Assembly (NCBI GenBank): GCA_951406725.2
Contig: OX597843.1
Coordinates: 7,316,001 to 7,380,000 of the forward strand
DNA from: Octopus vulgaris
Taxonomy: Eukaryota
Direction: 5' to 3'
DNA: 64,000 nt
The translations under genes and the position numbers were made by a program. Under the pieces are notes generated by a model. That model searched no databases. It was not told the DNA's origin and saw only the letters and a program-made list of their open reading frames with translations. Positions 58,610 to 64,000 of the stretch are shown here, one piece after another (the stretch's first letter is position 1; each line of letters starts with the position of its first letter).

Positions 58610-59159
58610 CTGGAATTTACAAAAAGAAAACAAAATAAAAGACGAAGACGGGTGTGTAAACAACAAACAGATGTATTAGTTTAACGCTCGGGGAGTGAGA
58701 AAGTCTTTTACCTTTCGAGTCAACACTCTTCAACAGAAAGGAACACAGAAATTAGCAGAGATAAAACGTAAAAGGTTTAGTGGCTAGCGATCAATCATGT
58801 ATATGTGTGTGTGTGTGTGTGTGTGAGTTTGTGTCTTCTTTTTGCCACCCCCAACCGTTGTGTGTTTATGTCCCCGTAATTTAGCGGTTCAACTAGGAGT
58901 GGGACTGAACCCGAAACCATGTTGTTGGTAAGTAAGCTACTTACCACACAGGTATTGCATGACATGTATACATATCATGCAATAATATGATGTGGAAAAC
59001 TCAATAATTCGCAGCTGTTGTCATTGCACGGAAGAATTGTTATGGTTTGGGATTAAATCCCGTTCATTCCATTTTCTTATTTTATACATTTTTATGTTCT
59101 ACATATATATGTGCAAGTAAGAATGTATTAATAGATACATACATATATACTTTGGCATC

Positions 59160-59552
59160 GAGAGTTACACAAATGCCAGGACTGGGCGCCACTGCATAGT
59201 GCCAAGGACTCCAAATTTGCCATCAAGATGTAGGACAAGATACTGTGATAGCCTGGGCTTCAGAGGTCCACAGCTCTTCAATATCCTCCCGAAGGACCTG
59301 AGAGACCTGCATGGGGTGGATGTAGGTGTCTTCAAAATAAAGCTGGACATCTTCCTGTCAGGTGTCCCAGGTGAACCAACTTTACAGCAGGAGGTGCAGA
59401 TGAGGGCAGCTGCATCGAACTCTCTCATGCACCAAATGTCAATTGCTAAAAAGCATTCGTGAAGTAAAATCATGTAGCAACACCAAATGGCGGTGCCCCA
59501 GCATGGCCACAGCTCGTGAGCTGAAACTAAATAAAATAAATAAAATAAAATA

Positions 59553-59555
<3 letters not shown>
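59160..59555 (+). mobile_element. 3' end of a CR1/L2-group-like LINE (ORF2 C-terminus, 3'UTR, (TAAAA)n tail)
   Basis: TNARTGRHCIVPRTP..RYCDSLGFRGPQLFNILPKDLRDLHGVDVGVFKIKLDIFLSGVP..SNSL..KKHS* (stop at 59462), then ggcggtgccccagcatggccacagctcgtgagctgaaac and an A-rich tail. Confidence 0.85.
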
Positions 59556-59611
<56 letters not shown>

Positions 59612-59720
59612 ATATATATATACATATATGTATATATACACACACACACATATATATATATGTATATATATATACATATATGTATATATATATACACACA
59701 CACACACATACACACACACA

Positions 59721-59776
<56 letters not shown>

Positions 59777-60103
59777 CATGTATGTATAGATAGAGACACA
59801 TACATACATATATACAGACATATATACATATATATATAAATATATACCGTGTATATATTTATGTATATATGTGTGTGTATAAAGAAGCCTGCATGTATAC
59901 ATATGTACGAATGCTACGTATGTATCTTTATGTATATATGCATATGTATATATGTGTGTATATGGTATGTATGTGCGTCTGCATATAGATATATATAGAT
60001 ATAGATATATAAATGAGGGAGGTTGCGTGTAGTTGTATATATGCACGTGTATATATATGTGCATGTATATATATACATATATATATGCATATATATGTAT
60101 ATA

Positions 60104-60146
<43 letters not shown>

Positions 60147-60365
60147 TAGAAAAAAAGCACCTTTTATCAATTCAATATTGAAAAATTAATTTATACCGTA
60201 ATTTCTGTAAATGGTATGATTTAATTTTTCATTATTGAATTGACAAACGGTGCTTTTTTTCTAATTTACATATACATATGTTATATTTTGTGAAATTTGA
60301 TTTAGTGTTTCTAAATTGAATTTTTCCCTGTAAGTTTGGAATAATATTCCCTCATATTATATATA

Positions 60366-60429
<64 letters not shown>

Positions 60430-60488
60430 TTTCTTCTTTCCTGAGCGTCCAACAATACTTTATTTGGGGGGTTTTCTTGTTTGGATTA

Positions 60489-60530
<42 letters not shown>

Positions 60531-60559
60531 TGATTGATCGCTAAATGCACAAGTTTTAT

Positions 60560-60619
<60 letters not shown>

Positions 60620-60838
60620 ATTTCCTCATATTCTTTTCTGTTGAAGAACGTAGGTTCGAAACGTAAAACATTTTCTGACTTTCTCGAGCGTCAACATAAT
60701 ACACGTGCTTGTTGTTCATACACCTGTCTTCGTCTGTTGTTTTTCTGTAAATTATATATATATATATATATAATGGTGCTATTAAGTTAGACATGGCCTG
60801 GGCCAATAATGGCCGAAACCTATCAAAGTATCAAAGTA

Positions 60839-60898
<60 letters not shown>

Positions 60899-61213
60899 AG
60901 CCTATTTTTGTATTCATACTTGTGTAATATCGTCCGTTTTTCCGTCCTTGTTTTTGTATACATTCGTTGCTTATTTCGAAGGAATCTAATGCTCTTAGCT
61001 TAGTTTTTCCTTGGGGCTGGCCAGATTGGAGCAATCTCAAGATTAATCAGCCGAAATTCTGAGGATGATCCAGTTCTTGACTGAAGATAAAAGGCTTAGA
61101 ATGACCCGTCTATGTTTTTTTATATCGTCAACCTGGAGGTTTTGTTGTCCCCTTTTGTATCATCTAGTTGTCCGAATGTTTTGCATTCTTGTCCCATTTT
61201 ATCTTTCTTTTAT

Positions 61214-61269
<56 letters not shown>

Positions 61270-61838
61270 CTGGGGAGAGACATTCTCTTTTAGTGCCTTA
61301 TGAATCTAACACACTCACCGGTCATGTTTACACTCATTTATTATTTTTTTTTCTAAAATTTTCGTTGCGTCTTGCAGCCTGTTCAATAGTCGACTATGGA
61401 AAAGGCTGAAAAGGTTGTAAGACGCAACGAAAATTTTAGAAAAAATAAGTAAGTAAATGAGTGGAAATCGAACCGGTGTGAGTGTTAATTAATAAGGCAT
61501 TAAAACAGAATGACTCCCCACAGACACAATAAAATATGCTTCAACATACGAATTCACATAAAGAATCTTGCAAACCGAATACAAAAACGAAATATATATG
61601 TGTGTGTGTTTTCTTTTACTTGTTTCGATGATTTGACTGCGGCCATGATGGAGCACCGCCTTTGGTCGGACAAATCGATCCCAGGACTTATTCTTTGTAT
61701 GCCTAGAACTTATTCTATCGGTTTCTTTTTGCTTCTAAGTTACGGAGCCGTAAACACACCAACATCGGTCTTTCAAGCGATGCTGGGGGGGGGGGGACAC
61801 AGACACACACATATACACAGATAAATAAATAAATAATG

Positions 61839-61913
<75 letters not shown>

Positions 61914-62585
61914 GCATATGACGGGCTTCTTTTAGTTTCCGTCTACCAAATCCACTCACAAGACTTTGGTCCGTCTGAGGCTACAGTAAAGGCGCCATGC
62001 AGTGGAACTGAACCCATAACCATGTGGCTGGTAAGCAAGCTACTTACCACTTATATGTATGTGTTTGTGTGTCTGTGTTTGTCACCGCACCATCGCTTGA
62101 TAACCGATGCTGGTGTGTTTACATCCCCGTAACTTCGAAGTTTGGCAAAAGAGACCGGTAAAGAAAAGTACCAAGCTTACAAAGAATAAGTCATGGGGTC
62201 GATTTGTTCGACTAAAGGCAGTGCTCCATCGTGGCCGTAGTCAGATGACTGAAACATGTAAAGGAATAAAAGAATTAAGGAACGTATATACGTGTGACGT
62301 CTCGGCATTCGGTGAAGTCTGCAAACAGTCGCAGAAAACAGAAACCATTAAAGGGCCAAACTACTATGAAAAAGAGAGAAAGACTGAAAGAGGAAAGAGG
62401 GAGAGAGAGAGAGAGAGAGAGCGATGTGGGATGCTTTCTGGTGAGAAACGGCAGCTGATCTTCCCAGCCTTCGTATACATACTACCACCACCACCACGAC
62501 TACCGCCATAACCTACACTACTACTACTACCACCGCCATCATCACCACCACCACCACCACCACCACCACCACAACCACCACCACC

Positions 62586-62671
<86 letters not shown>

Positions 62672-63071
62672 TACCGCCAGCACCACCACCAACACTACTA
62701 CTATTAATACTACTACTACTCCTACTATACTACTACTGCCACCACCACCACTACTACTACTACTACCGCTATCACCACCACCACTACTACTACTACTAAT
62801 ATTACTACTACTACTATACTACTACCGCCACCACCATCACCACCAGAGATGACAAACAAGGACAGACAAACGGATTAAGTAGATTATATCGACCCCAGTG
62901 CGTAACAGGTATTTATTTAATCGACCCCGAAAGGAGGAAAGTCAAAGTCGACCTCGGTGAAATTTGAACTCAGAACGCAACGGCAGACGAAATACCGCTA
63001 AGCGTTTTCTCCGGCGTGCTATCGATACTGCTGCAATAATAATGATAATAATAATAATAATAATGATAATA

Positions 63072-63121
<50 letters not shown>

Positions 63122-63134
63122 GTTTTTTAAAAAT

Positions 63135-63365
63135 CTTTTACTTGTTTCAGTCATTTTGACTGAGGCCATGCTGGAGCACTGCCTTTAGTCGAACAAATCG
63201 ACCGCAGGACTTATACTTTGTAAGCCTAGTATTTATTCTATCGGTTTCTTTTGCCGAACCGCAAAATTACGGAGATGTAAACACACCAGCATCGGTTGAC
63301 AAGGGATGGTGGGGGGACAAACACACACATACACACACACGCACACACACACACACACACACACA

Positions 63366-63404
<39 letters not shown>

Positions 63405-63566
63405 GATGGGCTTCTTTCAGTTTCCGTCTACCAAACCCATTCACAAGGCTTTGGTCGGCCCGAGGCTATAGTAGAAGACACCTGCCCAAGGTGCCACGCA
63501 CTGGGAATGAATCCAGAACCATGTCGTTGGTAAGCAAGCTACTTACCACACAGCCACTCCTACGCC
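63135..63566 (-). mobile_element. SINE family A, full-length
   Basis: Complete from head to tail on the minus strand. Further partial copies lie near 1177, 4577, 7927, 9594, 11322, 21941, 23030, 25860, 29848, 30395, 30750, 32565, 36615, 37310, 42185, 42443, 50540, 50998, 54868, 55413, 57780, 58370, 61610 and 62060. Confidence 0.9.
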
Positions 63567-63579
63567 TATTTCGATAAGA

Positions 63580-64000
63580 CTGCTAGAAAGTAACACTTCG
63601 TTTTCCACCCTTATTTTTCTTTTCAAGTGAAATTTAAAGAAGTTGATCAGGGGTTGGTTGGTCAAAGGGAAAAGTGTTTGTCTTCAGCCCCTTCAATCTC
63701 GTCCACCACACAACCTCTTTCGCCATGGCTACCAGACATATAAAAACTGCTTGCGTTTCTTGGTTAAAAGAAGGCGGTGGGCTGATCTTCACCATGGATT
63801 CAGATGAAAGCCAGATCCGTTTCGAACGTAATGGCAGATGTTTGACATAAACCCACAGGTTAGCAATGATGGGGCACTGGACGAGTGCGTGAAAGACGGT
63901 TCCGTCGCTCTGCGTGGAGCTCGGACATGTTCAACTGTGCCTGTAGAATTTATCTCGGAACGACAATGCTCCCTGATTGCACTGCCAAGCCAGGGATTTC
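63580..64000 (-). pseudogene. L1/Tx1-clade LINE ORF2 C-terminal zinc-knuckle region, decayed, runs off the window
   Basis: KSLAWQCNQGALSFRDKFYRHS*TCPSSTQSDGTVFHALVQCPIIANLW..FICLVAMAKEVVWWTRLKG../LINFFKFHLKRKIRVE resembles the CxxC..HxxxxC..LW zf-RVT pattern. Confidence 0.78.

Noticed and set aside
60795-60825. ggccaataatggccgaaac hammerhead half
   Set aside because: Stem II and GAAA are present, but the CUGANGA core and stem I are missing.

Overview
AT-rich eukaryotic non-coding DNA, saturated with microsatellites and transposon debris. The repeat content (tRNA-headed SINE families, dense TA/CA/TAGA/CATA tracts) looks like an octopus or other coleoid genome; this is inferred, not proven. 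No intact host gene can be supported, and almost all of the ORF track is microsatellite artefact. Recognisable elements are two decayed mariner transposases, a Helitron PIF1-helicase remnant plus other Helitron ends, CR1/L2-like and L1/Tx1-like LINE fragments, three SINE families (about 30 pieces) and two MITEs with target-site duplications. The main hidden signal is a set of roughly 15-20 type I hammerhead-ribozyme-like motifs in short, often palindromic modules between (TA)n tracts, as expected for Penelope-like element terminal repeats. Several have canonical cores and unusually long stem II inserts. One family has a recurrent non-canonical CUGUNGA core with compensatory stem II changes. 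All coordinates were counted by eye.
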